Shown one piece after another: positions 9,515 to 18,432 of a stretch of DNA of 32,341 nucleotides. Under the pieces are notes generated by a model that ran no database searches, had not been told where the DNA came from, and was given only the letters and a program-made list of their open reading frames with translations. The position numbers were made by a program, and so were the translations under genes. The stretch is from Methanothrix sp. (GTDB lineage: Archaea > Halobacteriota > Methanosarcinia > Methanotrichales > Methanotrichaceae). The stretch is taken from NCBI GenBank assembly GCA_040770465.1, contig JAXGJB010000035.1:1-32341 (forward strand). The letters are read 5' to 3'. Numbering within the stretch: position 1 is the first letter of the stretch; the number at the start of each line of letters is the position of its first letter.

Positions 9515-10381
9515 TCATCCCTCAAGCCTCGCCCTGGCCGCCTTCTTCACGCTCTGGTCGACATCCTCGGCGAGGCTTCGCACCAGATCCTCCGGCGTCG
9601 CCGGGTTCTTCGCCACCCGCTCCCTCACCTTCCAGGCCCAGTCCCGGGAGAGGCTCTCCAGGGTCGCTTGCTCTGCGCTCGAGTTCGATGCGACCGCCGC
9701 CCGGATCTCCACGTCCCGATCGGCGGCGAGGCTGGCGAGGGATTCGGTTGTGGTCTTGGGATTTTTGGCCACCGCCACCCGGACGTCCTGGATTCTGTCC
9801 GCGGCGAGATGGTCAAGGACCTCGACGGATACGGCTGGGTTCTTCGCCACCGCCGTCCTGACCGCCCAGGAGATGTCGATCCTCCTCTTGAAGAGGACGT
9901 CTCCGGGGACGCTGGGGTTAGAGACCGCACCGGCCCTGACCCCCTCGTCGGCGTGCTCGGAGAGGGTCCTGATCGCCTCTTCGGGGGTGTTCGGGTTTTT
10001 GGCTGCCGCCTCCTGGACGATGTAGCGGTTCTTTGAGAGTGAGTAGTCGAAGTCCAAAGTCTCGTCCCAAGAGAGTTCTTCCAGGATCTCAGGAGACGCT
10101 GCGTGGTTATTGGCGACGGCGGCCCGGACGAATCCGTCGCCGTCTTCGGAGAGGATGTCGAGGATCTCGCCGTCGGCCCGGAGGCTCGCCGCCACCGCCT
10201 CCCTCACCCACTGGACCTGGTCATTCGCCAGGTCCCGCAGGATCTCGATCGGCACGCTGGGGTTCACTGCAACGGCTCTCCGGACGTGCCAGTCCCAGTC
10301 TTTCGCGAGAGCCTCCAGCTCCTCTCGATCGGTGCCGGCGTCCTCCGCCGTCTTCTCCTTCTCCCAGTCTCTCATCCTCAA
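9515..10381 (-). CDS. Leucine-rich-repeat-variant (LRV)/HEAT-like repeat protein
   Basis: About ten ~24-aa repeats of the form L..LA.D....VR.AVA.NP..P. Confidence 0.85.
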   Translation of the reverse strand: MRMRDWEKEKTAEDAGTDREELEALAKDWDWHVRRAVAVNPSVPIEILRDLANDQVQWVREAVAASLRADGEILDILSEDGDGFVRAAVANNHAASPEILEELSWDETLDFDYSLSKNRYIVQEAAAKNPNTPEEAIRTLSEHADEGVRAGAVSNPSVPGDVLFKRRIDISWAVRTAVAKNPAVSVEVLDHLAADRIQDVRVAVAKNPKTTTESLASLAADRDVEIRAAVASNSSAEQATLESLSRDWAWKVRERVAKNPATPEDLVRSLAEDVDQSVKKAARARLEG

Positions 10382-10396
10382 AACCCTCCAGCCGGA

Positions 10397-11371
10397 TCAT
10401 CCGCGAAGGATGACAAACCCGTAGACCTCCTCCAGGATCTCGTCGGGCTTCTTCCGGTCGAATCTGCCGATCTTCGCCTCCAGGATCGGCATGTCGATGG
10501 CGGGGGCGATAAGCTTGACGAGGGAGGGGTCGCCGCTGACGACGGCGAAAGTCGGGATCGACCGGTACCCTTCCAGGACCTGAGGGAGCCTCTCATTGAC
10601 GAGGTCGGCGTGCTGGCGGATGTCCTCCTCCCTCAGCCGCTCAAACCTCTTCTGGCTCCAGCCGCCCTTGGTGTGCTTCTCCTTGACGGTGCTCCTGACC
10701 ACGGCGTGCTCAGAAAACCCCTCCCTCCCCAGGGCCACCCCCAGAAAGGTCTCCCCGGCGTGGGCAGCCACCACCAGGACCGGGGTGTCTAGGATCTCCC
10801 TCAAGGGTTCCGTCTTGAAAGATCCGGCCATGGTCATCTCGTCCTTTTTGATGGGGAAGGGCGGGATTAGGGCGATGGTGAATAAGAAGGGGTCGGAGAA
10901 GGCCGCAACCCCCCGATCCGAGCCGGCCCGCTTCACCAGATCTGCGACCTCGGGGGAGAGGCCCTCCAGAGCCGATCCGCGGGCCGCGTAGGCCGAGAGT
11001 AGGTCGCCCTGGGGAGAGCGGACTGCGTCCAGCCTTTCGAGGAGCCGCTCCAGCTCCCTCGGCTTGAGGGCGCGGGGTGGGCTGGAGCCCTGGCTCTGCC
11101 CCCCTCCTTCCGTCGCCGTCTCTTCTCTCTCCCTCGCCCCCTCGCCTTCACCCTCTCCGGCGCCCCGCGCCTGGAGGGCGGCGATCCTCTGCTCTGCGGC
11201 CTTGAGGGCGAGGCTCGTCTCCTGGGATGCGCTCGTCAGCTTTCTTATCTTATCCTCGCGCCTCTCGATCTGCAGCTCTAGGGAGCCCTTCTCCACCTCA
11301 AGCTCCCCGACCCGAGACCGCAGCCGATCTATCTCATCTTCCAGCTTCTTTTTTCCCAGAAGGTCGACCAA
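10397..11371 (-). CDS. Vms1/ANKZF1-like release factor (archaeal VLRF1) with N-terminal coiled coil
   Basis: Signature KHTKGGWSQKRFER. The start is moved to the TTG at 11371 (LVDLLGKKKLE, behind a purine-rich RBS) because the longer ORF runs through a tRNA gene. Confidence 0.85.
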   Translation of the reverse strand: MVDLLGKKKLEDEIDRLRSRVGELEVEKGSLELQIERREDKIRKLTSASQETSLALKAAEQRIAALQARGAGEGEGEGAREREETATEGGGQSQGSSPPRALKPRELERLLERLDAVRSPQGDLLSAYAARGSALEGLSPEVADLVKRAGSDRGVAAFSDPFLFTIALIPPFPIKKDEMTMAGSFKTEPLREILDTPVLVVAAHAGETFLGVALGREGFSEHAVVRSTVKEKHTKGGWSQKRFERLREEDIRQHADLVNERLPQVLEGYRSIPTFAVVSGDPSLVKLIAPAIDMPILEAKIGRFDRKKPDEILEEVYGFVILRG

Positions 11372-11488
11372 ACCCTCACCACCTTCCTCCTGATGGATCT
11401 CTTGGCAAAAAGGGTTTTCCGCACTGGCGAACGGGATGGCGCAATTGAAGATCCGGGCCCCGATCGAGTAAATCCAAAAAGAGGCGAA

Positions 11489-11577
11489 CGGACCCGCTGG
11501 GATTCGAACCCAGGTCAGCGGGTTTCTTCGAGAAACCTCTCCGAAGCCCGCTAGGATATCCTCTACCCTACGAGTCC
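11489..11577 (-). tRNA. tRNA-Arg(TCG) with 17-nt intron at 37/38 (intron 11524-11540)
   Basis: Acceptor stem GGACTCG/CGGGTCC, D arm GGGT/ATCC, anticodon stem GCGGG/CCCGC with loop CT-TCG-G|A, T arm CTGGG-TTCGAAT-CCCAG. Intron AGAGGTTTCTCGAAGAA forms a bulge-helix-bulge. Confidence 0.95.
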
Positions 11578-11602
11578 ACGTCCAAGCCTTGCCCTTCAAC
11601 CG

Positions 11603-11617
11603 CTATTAACCTTTTCC
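11603..11617 (-). promoter_or_regulatory. BRE/TATA promoter of tRNA-Arg
   Basis: GGAAAAGGTTAATAG lies about 26 nt upstream of the tRNA 5' end. Confidence 0.7.
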
Positions 11618-11941
11618 AGAGCCGGGCGGCGCGCGGGCGATCGTTCGTTCCTCCGGCCCCGATCGGCTCCAGGGCAACGATTCAAAAATCGTGATCTCGA
11701 TTTAACATAAAGCAAGCGCATGCGGAAGTTATCACGATTTTAAAGCCATTATGTGAGCATTTTTTGAATAGAAGGATGAAACGCTACGGCAAACTATTTC
11801 AACCATCGAATCCAGGGTGACGAAACCCCGGAAGCTCCTCGAAGCTCTTTTAATCGCTGAGTCGGAACTTTTCGGGGCATGAATGTCTAATTCCATAGAG
11901 AACCCCGGATCGACCATCCTATTGGAAGGGTCTGGGGGCGT

Positions 11942-12895
11942 TTGGTGGGTGAAACCCTCATGGAAGAAACCATATGTGAAAGGTCGGTCGGCTCCATCCC
12001 AAACGAGATCGTCCGAAAAGAGACCGTGGCGCCCGGCTTCACTCTGATGGAGATCAGGGCTCCTGAGATCGCAGAGAAGATTCGGCCGGGGCAGTTCATG
12101 ATCCTTCGGGTCGACGACGCGGGGGAGAGGATACCCATGAGCGTCGCCGACTGGGATCTCGATCGTGGGACAGTGACCCTCGTCTTCCAGGAGCTGGGCC
12201 TCTCAACAAAAAAGCTCGGCCTCATGGAGCCGGGAGAGCGGCTTGCAAACCTTGCAGGCCCCCTGGGCAAGGCCGCCGAGGTGGGATACTTCGGGACCGT
12301 CGTCGTCGTCAGCGGCTGCTTCGGCGCGGGACCCGCCTACGCCCTCGCAAGAGCCCTTAAGGAGGCGGGAAATCAGGTGATCTGCATCGTCGAGGCCTTC
12401 AAGGGCGAGTACCTCTTCTGGCTCGACCGTCTGGAGGAGGTCTCCGACCGGCTGATAGTGACCTCCGGCGATCGATCGGTGGGCGTCGCCCGGTGGGCCA
12501 AGGACCCCCTGAAGGAGATCCTCGAATCCGAGGAGATCGATCGCGTTTACCTAGTCGGCTGCACCTTCATGATGGCGACCTGCTCTCGGGCGGCGGAGCC
12601 CTTCGGCGTCGGAACGAGGGTGAGCCTGATGCCGATAATGATCGACGGGACCGGGATGTGCGGAGCCTGCCGCGTCAACGTCGGAGGCGAGACGAAGCTC
12701 GCCTGCGTCGAGGGGCCGGAGTTCGACGGCCACGAGGTGGACTGGGACGAGCTGATGGAGAGGGCGAGAGGCTACCTCAAAGAGGAGGAACGCGCCCTCG
12801 ACCTCTGGGAGATCGACAACTGGCACCTGGTTCGGTTCCGGGACCGCGAGCAGGATAAGAGTAAGAGAAAGAGGGGCGGGCCGCGTAGGTGCTGA
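11942..12895 (+). CDS. NfnA/SudB-like FAD/[2Fe-2S] oxidoreductase subunit (ferredoxin:NADP+ reductase small subunit/PyrK family)
   Basis: PGQF, GERIP.S, GPLG and DGTGMCGACRV...ACVEGPEFD motifs. The true start may be the ATG at 11960. Confidence 0.88.
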   Translation: MVGETLMEETICERSVGSIPNEIVRKETVAPGFTLMEIRAPEIAEKIRPGQFMILRVDDAGERIPMSVADWDLDRGTVTLVFQELGLSTKKLGLMEPGERLANLAGPLGKAAEVGYFGTVVVVSGCFGAGPAYALARALKEAGNQVICIVEAFKGEYLFWLDRLEEVSDRLIVTSGDRSVGVARWAKDPLKEILESEEIDRVYLVGCTFMMATCSRAAEPFGVGTRVSLMPIMIDGTGMCGACRVNVGGETKLACVEGPEFDGHEVDWDELMERARGYLKEEERALDLWEIDNWHLVRFRDREQDKSKRKRGGPRRC

Positions 12896-12970
12896 AGCTC
12901 TTCCTCGTAGTTTCGATCTTTCCGTCCGACCCCGAGGAACATTTTTACCCGTCGGCGTCTTCTCTCCAGC

Positions 12971-13792
12971 ATGACCGATACGAAGAGAATCATACCGTGC
13001 CTCGACGTCAAGGTGGTCGACGGCCAGCCTTCCGTCGTAAAGGGAGTAAAGTTCGTTGACCTGAAGCGGCAGGGCGACCCCGTCGAGTTTGCGATCCGAT
13101 ACGAAGAGCAGGGCGCCGACGAGCTGGTCTTCCTGGACATAACCGCCTCTTCTGAGGGGAGGAAGACGATGGTGGACGTGGCACGGCGGACCGCCCAGGA
13201 GGTCTCGATACCCTTCGCCGTCGGCGGCGGGATCGGAACCTTAGAGGGGATCGTCGAGATCCTGGACGCCGGGGCCGACAAGGTGGGGATAAATACGGCG
13301 GCGGTGAAGGACCCCGACCTGATCAAGAAAGCCTCGAAGGCGGTGGGGTCCGAGAGGATCACCGTCGCCATCGACGCCCGAAGAAACCCCGTACTGAGAA
13401 AGGATGCTCACGCCTTCAAGCTCGAGGACGGGAGCGAGGCCTGGTTTGAGGTGGTGATCTACGGAGGGCGAACGCCCGTCGATATCGACGCCATCGACTG
13501 GGCCCGCCGGGTCGAAGAGCTGGGAGCAGGCGAGATCCTCCTCACCAGCATGGACCGGGACGGCACCAACGACGGCTATGACATCCCCCTGACCCGAGCC
13601 GTCGCTGAGGCCGTAGGCATCCCGGTGATCGCGAGCGGCGGTGCCGCAAACCCCGAGCACATGCTCCAGGCCTTCAGAGAGGCCGGGGCCGACGCCGCCC
13701 TGGCTGCGGGGATCTTCCACCGCGGCGAGTTCACCGTCGGGGAGGCGAAGGAGTACCTCCGGTCCCACGGGATAAATGTCAAGCTCGACTGA
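12971..13792 (+). CDS. hisF: Imidazole glycerol phosphate synthase cyclase subunit
   Basis: [37 protein letters not shown] and PVIASGGA motifs. Confidence 0.97.
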   Translation: MTDTKRIIPCLDVKVVDGQPSVVKGVKFVDLKRQGDPVEFAIRYEEQGADELVFLDITASSEGRKTMVDVARRTAQEVSIPFAVGGGIGTLEGIVEILDAGADKVGINTAAVKDPDLIKKASKAVGSERITVAIDARRNPVLRKDAHAFKLEDGSEAWFEVVIYGGRTPVDIDAIDWARRVEELGAGEILLTSMDRDGTNDGYDIPLTRAVAEAVGIPVIASGGAANPEHMLQAFREAGADAALAAGIFHRGEFTVGEAKEYLRSHGINVKLD

Positions 13793-14099
13793 AGTAAGGC
13801 TCGACTTAAGGATGGGCTGGACCGGTCGGGGGAGAGGGGTGCGCAGCCGATGGGAACAGGTGGCGGAGGCCGCGCCGATCCTCCCACCGGTCAACTGCCC
13901 GATCCTCCCTATTCTCACATTTCCGTCATCCTTTTTGTCTTTACCAGCTCCTGTTTCGCCAAGCCGTTCTGGCTGATTAGATCGAGAGACCTCACTGTTT
14001 TAGCCATCGATCGCAGAGGCAAAAGCAGAGCTTACTTGATCATCAGTTGGTTGAAGATATCGAGAGAAGTTGGCCGACTGAATCAGCCATAAAACAGCT

Positions 14100-14195
14100 C
14101 TAGTTTCTTACCAGCTCACGGATGTCCTTGTAGATGTCCAGGGTTATGGCAAATGCTACGCCAGAGAATAGCAGAGCCACGAAGATGCCTTCCAT
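14100..14195 (-). CDS. Putative 31-aa single-TM small protein
   Basis: MEGIFVALLFSGVAFAITLDIYKDIRELVRN*; a TATA-like AAGGTATATATAG at 14239-14251 lies on the same strand. Confidence 0.5.
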   Translation of the reverse strand: MEGIFVALLFSGVAFAITLDIYKDIRELVRN

Positions 14196-14583
14196 TATCA
14201 CGACAACCACTTCCCAATAGTCTATATAGCACTATATTCTATATATACCTTATCCTGGGACTCGTTCGCACTTAACGATGTTAGACAGATAGAAGGAGGA
14301 TCAGAAGGAGGATCTGAGGGTATGGGTGGTGAGGCATGACTTCATGCTGGGAACGCTATGCGACGACGATTGCCACCTCTTCGGCTTCCTCAAAGGGTCG
14401 AAGGGTTCCATAATCCAGGAAGAGATGGGCATATGCCTGCCCTACGTCCTCAGGTGGGTGAATACATAAGTAAAATTTTATTTAATCTTTTCGATCGCAA
14501 AAATATTCGCCGATCGCTAGGCTTATATTTTAAATCAGCCTTGTTATATTCCGGAGCTTCTGTTGGTCGGGAGGTTGTAATCC

Positions 14584-16866
14584 ATGAGTTTTCTGATCGA
14601 TCCGCCTCTTCTCATATTGTCAGGGATCTTGATCTACTTCGGAGGCCCGAAGCTGGGCTGGAATAGACATGCGAAGATCGTGGTAGGCGTTGCCATAGTG
14701 CTTATATTTATAATATTTAGCTCTCTATTGTACGCCGGCATTTTCCGTTGCGTCTTTCCCTTCTTCCCCGAGAAGACCGGCTCAGATTTCATGTTCAACT
14801 CGTATACGACGCATATCACCACGGATATGGTGCCCACCGCTGCCGCCGTCCTCCTCTTCCTCCTCTACCCGGTCTGGCTCTTCGCCGGGTATGCGGCGAT
14901 GCTCCTAATCTCGAAGCGGAGGCTCGTCTCAAGCGATGAATATTCCTTTAAGGATGTCAAGAGCCGCGTCGTCCGGGGCTCATCGGAGTACGCCGTCAGG
15001 AGGGGCACCGACCCCCGAAGGTGCGTGAGGGAGGCGGTCGCTGCCCTCGGCGGCATCGAGAAGTTCGTCGGAGCCGGCGACCGGGTCCTGATCAAGATCA
15101 ACATCTGCGGCGGGGTTCCCGAGGTGCCGGGGACGTTCACCAGCACCGACGTCGTCGAAGAGATCGTCGAGATGGTCAAGGGTGCCGGAGCTGAACCGAT
15201 CATCGCAGATGCGGACATGATCTGGAACAAGTTCTGGACTGTGGCGGACGCCTCCGGCTGGGCCGATTGGGCGAAGAAGAAGGGGGTGAAGCTTGTGAAC
15301 CTCTCCGAGACGAAGATCGTGGGCTTCAACTTTGGAGACGATAGCGTCATCGGGACCGACAAGGTCTCCAAAGAGATCGTCGACGCCAACGTCATAATAT
15401 CGGTGCCGACGATGAAGACCCACCTCCTGACGGGGGTCACCCTGGCGATGAAGAACATGTACGGCACCTTCCCCGAGGTGGACAAGGCCAAATACCACAA
15501 GATGAAGATCGAGGAGGTGATCTACGAGGTGAACAAGGCCTTCACGCCAAACCTTGTGATCATCGACGGGAGCATCGGAAACGAGGCGATCGGGCCCCTG
15601 AGTTCCAAGCCCATCGACTATCAGACGATCATCGCATCTAACGACGTCGTCTGTGCCGACTCCATCGCATCTCAGATGATGGGTTACAAGCCGTCGGAGG
15701 TGGAGCACCTGAGGCTCGCCGCCGAGCGGGGGCTAGGCGACGCATCTTTACGATTCGACTTCGACACCCTCCCCTATAAGCACGCCAGCGGCAAGGATGG
15801 GAACTGGGACCGGCCCGAGGCGAAGGTGAAGGACTTCTACAACTGGGGGATCGAATTGATGCTGAAGTTTCCGGGGTGGCCCACCCTCTTCAACGTAGGA
15901 GCCGACTTCTTCCTCTTCGACATGGCGAGGCTTCCGGTCTTCAAGTACCTCACCCCCGCCTTCCTGAAGCTGTTGAACGATTCGGTCTTCCTGATCCTGA
16001 GTGGTCAGGGGGATACCGAAGCCGACCGCGCCCGGAGGAGGACGAACGTTTTCATACTCCTCCTTCTGGCGGAGGCTGCTCTCCTCGGCTTCTGGATGGA
16101 CGGGTATGTTCGGAACTCCTCCTTCTTCGACCTGAACTTCCTTTTTGCCATAGTCGTCTCGATCCTCGCCGCCGTCAGGATGAAGACGAGAAACCTGTTG
16201 GCCCTCATCCTCTCGTCGGCGGCGGTCATGTTCGTAGTGGAGAGGTTGATCTCATTTGATACTGGCATCGTTTTGGAGACCGACATCATACGAGGCGGGA
16301 TCGTGGACTACGCCAACAGCTTTGCAGGTCCCACCCTCTTCGTCGTGACCGCCTGGGCGCTGTTGATGGTGGTTGTGTTCGGGTTATCGGACCTTTTTAG
16401 GCTGTGGTTTTCCAGGCTTCGGATATTCGATAAGCTCGAAAGGTGGCGGCCCCTCCCCTTCGCCGCGGCGGCGGCGGTCTTCTTCATATTCTTCTATCTG
16501 GAGGGTTATTTTGGGGTGGTGAAGAGGGAGGTTCTGGTTCTCTATTCGGTCCTGGTCCTCGTTGGGCTCTTCTTCTCCAACAGATGCTCCATCGACTGGA
16601 ACGCCGCCCTCGTCTTCGTCAGCGTGGCCATCGTCGGGTACATGGAGCTTGTGGGGTCGCTCGCAGGGATCTGGAGCTACCGGTTTTGTGAGGCTCTGCC
16701 CATCTTCGTCACCATCGCGGGCGCCGTCTACAGCGGGGCGATTCTGGGGGTCGCCCGCCTCGTCGGGGTGGACCTCTCCAACTCCACCGCCGGAAAGCCT
16801 GTCGGGGACGAGGAAGAGGAGGTTTCCGGGGACAGAGTTCTGGAGGCTGCCGGGGCGGGGTCGTAG
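14584..16866 (+). CDS. DUF362-domain protein fused to N- and C-terminal multi-TM regions
   Basis: Central GDRVLIKIN...PTMKTH..TGVTLAMKNMYG...IIDG...S.DVV.AD DUF362 motifs; about three TMs before and many hydrophobic helices after. Confidence 0.85.
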   Translation: MSFLIDPPLLILSGILIYFGGPKLGWNRHAKIVVGVAIVLIFIIFSSLLYAGIFRCVFPFFPEKTGSDFMFNSYTTHITTDMVPTAAAVLLFLLYPVWLFAGYAAMLLISKRRLVSSDEYSFKDVKSRVVRGSSEYAVRRGTDPRRCVREAVAALGGIEKFVGAGDRVLIKINICGGVPEVPGTFTSTDVVEEIVEMVKGAGAEPIIADADMIWNKFWTVADASGWADWAKKKGVKLVNLSETKIVGFNFGDDSVIGTDKVSKEIVDANVIISVPTMKTHLLTGVTLAMKNMYGTFPEVDKAKYHKMKIEEVIYEVNKAFTPNLVIIDGSIGNEAIGPLSSKPIDYQTIIASNDVVCADSIASQMMGYKPSEVEHLRLAAERGLGDASLRFDFDTLPYKHASGKDGNWDRPEAKVKDFYNWGIELMLKFPGWPTLFNVGADFFLFDMARLPVFKYLTPAFLKLLNDSVFLILSGQGDTEADRARRRTNVFILLLLAEAALLGFWMDGYVRNSSFFDLNFLFAIVVSILAAVRMKTRNLLALILSSAAVMFVVERLISFDTGIVLETDIIRGGIVDYANSFAGPTLFVVTAWALLMVVVFGLSDLFRLWFSRLRIFDKLERWRPLPFAAAAAVFFIFFYLEGYFGVVKREVLVLYSVLVLVGLFFSNRCSIDWNAALVFVSVAIVGYMELVGSLAGIWSYRFCEALPIFVTIAGAVYSGAILGVARLVGVDLSNSTAGKPVGDEEEEVSGDRVLEAAGAGS

Positions 16867-17384
16867 GGCTGATCTGACCCCGAGATGGATTATCTGCAAG
16901 GTCCATCCGCAGGAAAGGCTCCGAGTTCGAAGGAGAGAGGCGGAACCGGGGGCCTGCATCGGCGAAAGGGGAAGGCGTGCTCGGATACGGAGGTGACGGG
17001 ACCGGGTCGGAGGGCCGGGTCGGAGGCCGTCTGGCGTTCCGGGCTTGCCGGGCGGCGAGGCCGCCGTCTCACCTTGTACGGTTCTCTCTCCTCAGATAGT
17101 CCGCAATAGCTCAGGGATGTAGCAGCCATCCTTCCCACGAGCTTTCTATCGAATCCGCCCCCCCGCCCCCGCATCCTTCGGCGCAAGGTCGAAAACCTTG
17201 GAGATGACTGGATTGAAGGCCGCAAATTGTCAATTATAATATGGAATCTTCGGGCAAAATAGCATATAATCATTCAGTTCATCCCAGATATGGCTGGATA
17301 CATCTCGGTTCCAGCGATCAACGAAACAGTCAGAACGCAATGGTTATAAATCTTGAAGAATATGCAGGGTAGCGGGGTTAGTAT

Positions 17385-17912
17385 ATGAAAAAAATTTCTT
17401 TGATATTGGCTTGCCTGTGTCTGGCATCCGCGGTTGCGGCATCGTCTCCGCCATACAGCGCACCTCCTGGGACTGGATCAGACTTCTATCCGCCATCGGA
17501 CGTTCCGCCGGGGAGTGGGCCGACCATATCGCCGCCCGTGGACGTTCCTCCGAAGGCCGGGTCATCCGGATCGCCGCCTTCCGATATGTCGGGAACTGGA
17601 ACAGCACCATCGCCGTGGAGAGGATCAATTCCGTCCCACGACTGGCTCTCTGATGACGTCGGCTTTTTAACCTACTACGGTCCCTTCGGTTATCCGGTCT
17701 GGGGTGGGTTCTATGACTATCGGTTCTTCTACGACGAGTGGTATCCCGTCGCTCGATCGTTCCTGGACGGCACTCCCTATCGCACGTATTACTTCACCGA
17801 GTATCGCCCTGTTTATGTGACCGATGGCTGGTGGAATGATCCGCAAGGTTATCGTCCCCTATATAGGACGAGTTCAGGATTTTCTTTCTCCGGCACCACG
17901 GTTCATGGCTGA
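17385..17912 (+). CDS. Secreted Pro/Ser/Gly-rich, Tyr/Trp-rich hypothetical protein
   Basis: Classical signal peptide MKKISLILACLCLASAVAA, repeated PPxDVPP, aromatic-rich C-terminal half; TATA-like TTATAAA upstream. Confidence 0.7.
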   Translation: MKKISLILACLCLASAVAASSPPYSAPPGTGSDFYPPSDVPPGSGPTISPPVDVPPKAGSSGSPPSDMSGTGTAPSPWRGSIPSHDWLSDDVGFLTYYGPFGYPVWGGFYDYRFFYDEWYPVARSFLDGTPYRTYYFTEYRPVYVTDGWWNDPQGYRPLYRTSSGFSFSGTTVHG

Positions 17913-18022
17913 GAGCAGCGGCCCGGTCCTTTGTCTGGATCCGGCGGCCGCGCGGCCAGAACGTTCTTTTTTATATATATTTTTATTATATCTCTTTTTC
18001 AACTCCGTTTGATGGCCGTGAA

Positions 18023-18105
18023 GATCGATAATCCGTGATCGATAATCCATGATCGATAATCCATGATCGATAATCCATGATCGATAATCCATGATCGATG
18101 ATCGA
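18023..18105. repeat. 14-bp tandem repeat GATCGATAATCC(A/G)T x5 plus partial units
   Basis: Units start at 18023, 18037, 18051, 18065 and 18079, followed by GATCGAT GATCGA; intergenic. Confidence 0.95.
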
Positions 18106-18165
18106 AGGCGGAGATAGAAATAATAGGGCGGCCTTTACCCAGCGGCAAAGAGGATGGTGTGAAGT

Positions 18166-18432
18166 TTGCGCAAATTAGATGGCGTCATCATGGAGCTGGA
18201 GGGTCGGGGGTTGAAGTTCAGGCTACAGACCTCTCTAAGGGTGGGGTACGTGGCAGACATATTATTTAAAAAGGAGAGAATAATCGTCCTCGACACCCGG
18301 AATGCAGATTCCTTCGCTGTCAGGAAGCTTGTGGCGGCGGGATATGAGGTCTTTGTCATCCCCGAGGGAAAGCTCGACGACGACCAGATCAAGGCGTTCT
18401 GTGATGAGGTGGAGAAGGCTTTGAGTGGGTGA
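18166..18432 (+). CDS. Small hypothetical protein, possibly a degenerate DUF559/Vsr-like nuclease fold
   Basis: 'GLKFRLQ...GYVADILF..ERIIVLD...GYEVF' resembles the DUF559 pattern but lacks the E-x-DG catalytic motif. Confidence 0.55.
   Translation: MRKLDGVIMELEGRGLKFRLQTSLRVGYVADILFKKERIIVLDTRNADSFAVRKLVAAGYEVFVIPEGKLDDDQIKAFCDEVEKALSG

Noticed and set aside
11372-11599. N-terminal 76-codon extension of the 400-aa ORF 10397..11599
   Set aside because: It runs through the tRNA-Arg gene; a better TTG start with RBS exists at 11371.
13915-14090. Additional very short minus-strand ORFs downstream of the 31-aa ORF
   Set aside because: No clear RBS, motif or compositional support.
16857-17110. 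GC-rich region with short hairpins (GGGGTC/GACCCC, GATGGA/TCCATC) as a possible SRP or RNase P RNA
   Set aside because: The conserved SRP helix-8 and RNase P P4 motifs were not seen; short stems are expected by chance at this GC content.
18023-18105. Possible CRISPR array, and the 72-aa ORF 17874..18092
   Set aside because: The repeats are 14 bp, contiguous and spacer-less, with no cas genes; the ORF is just a translation of the repeat.
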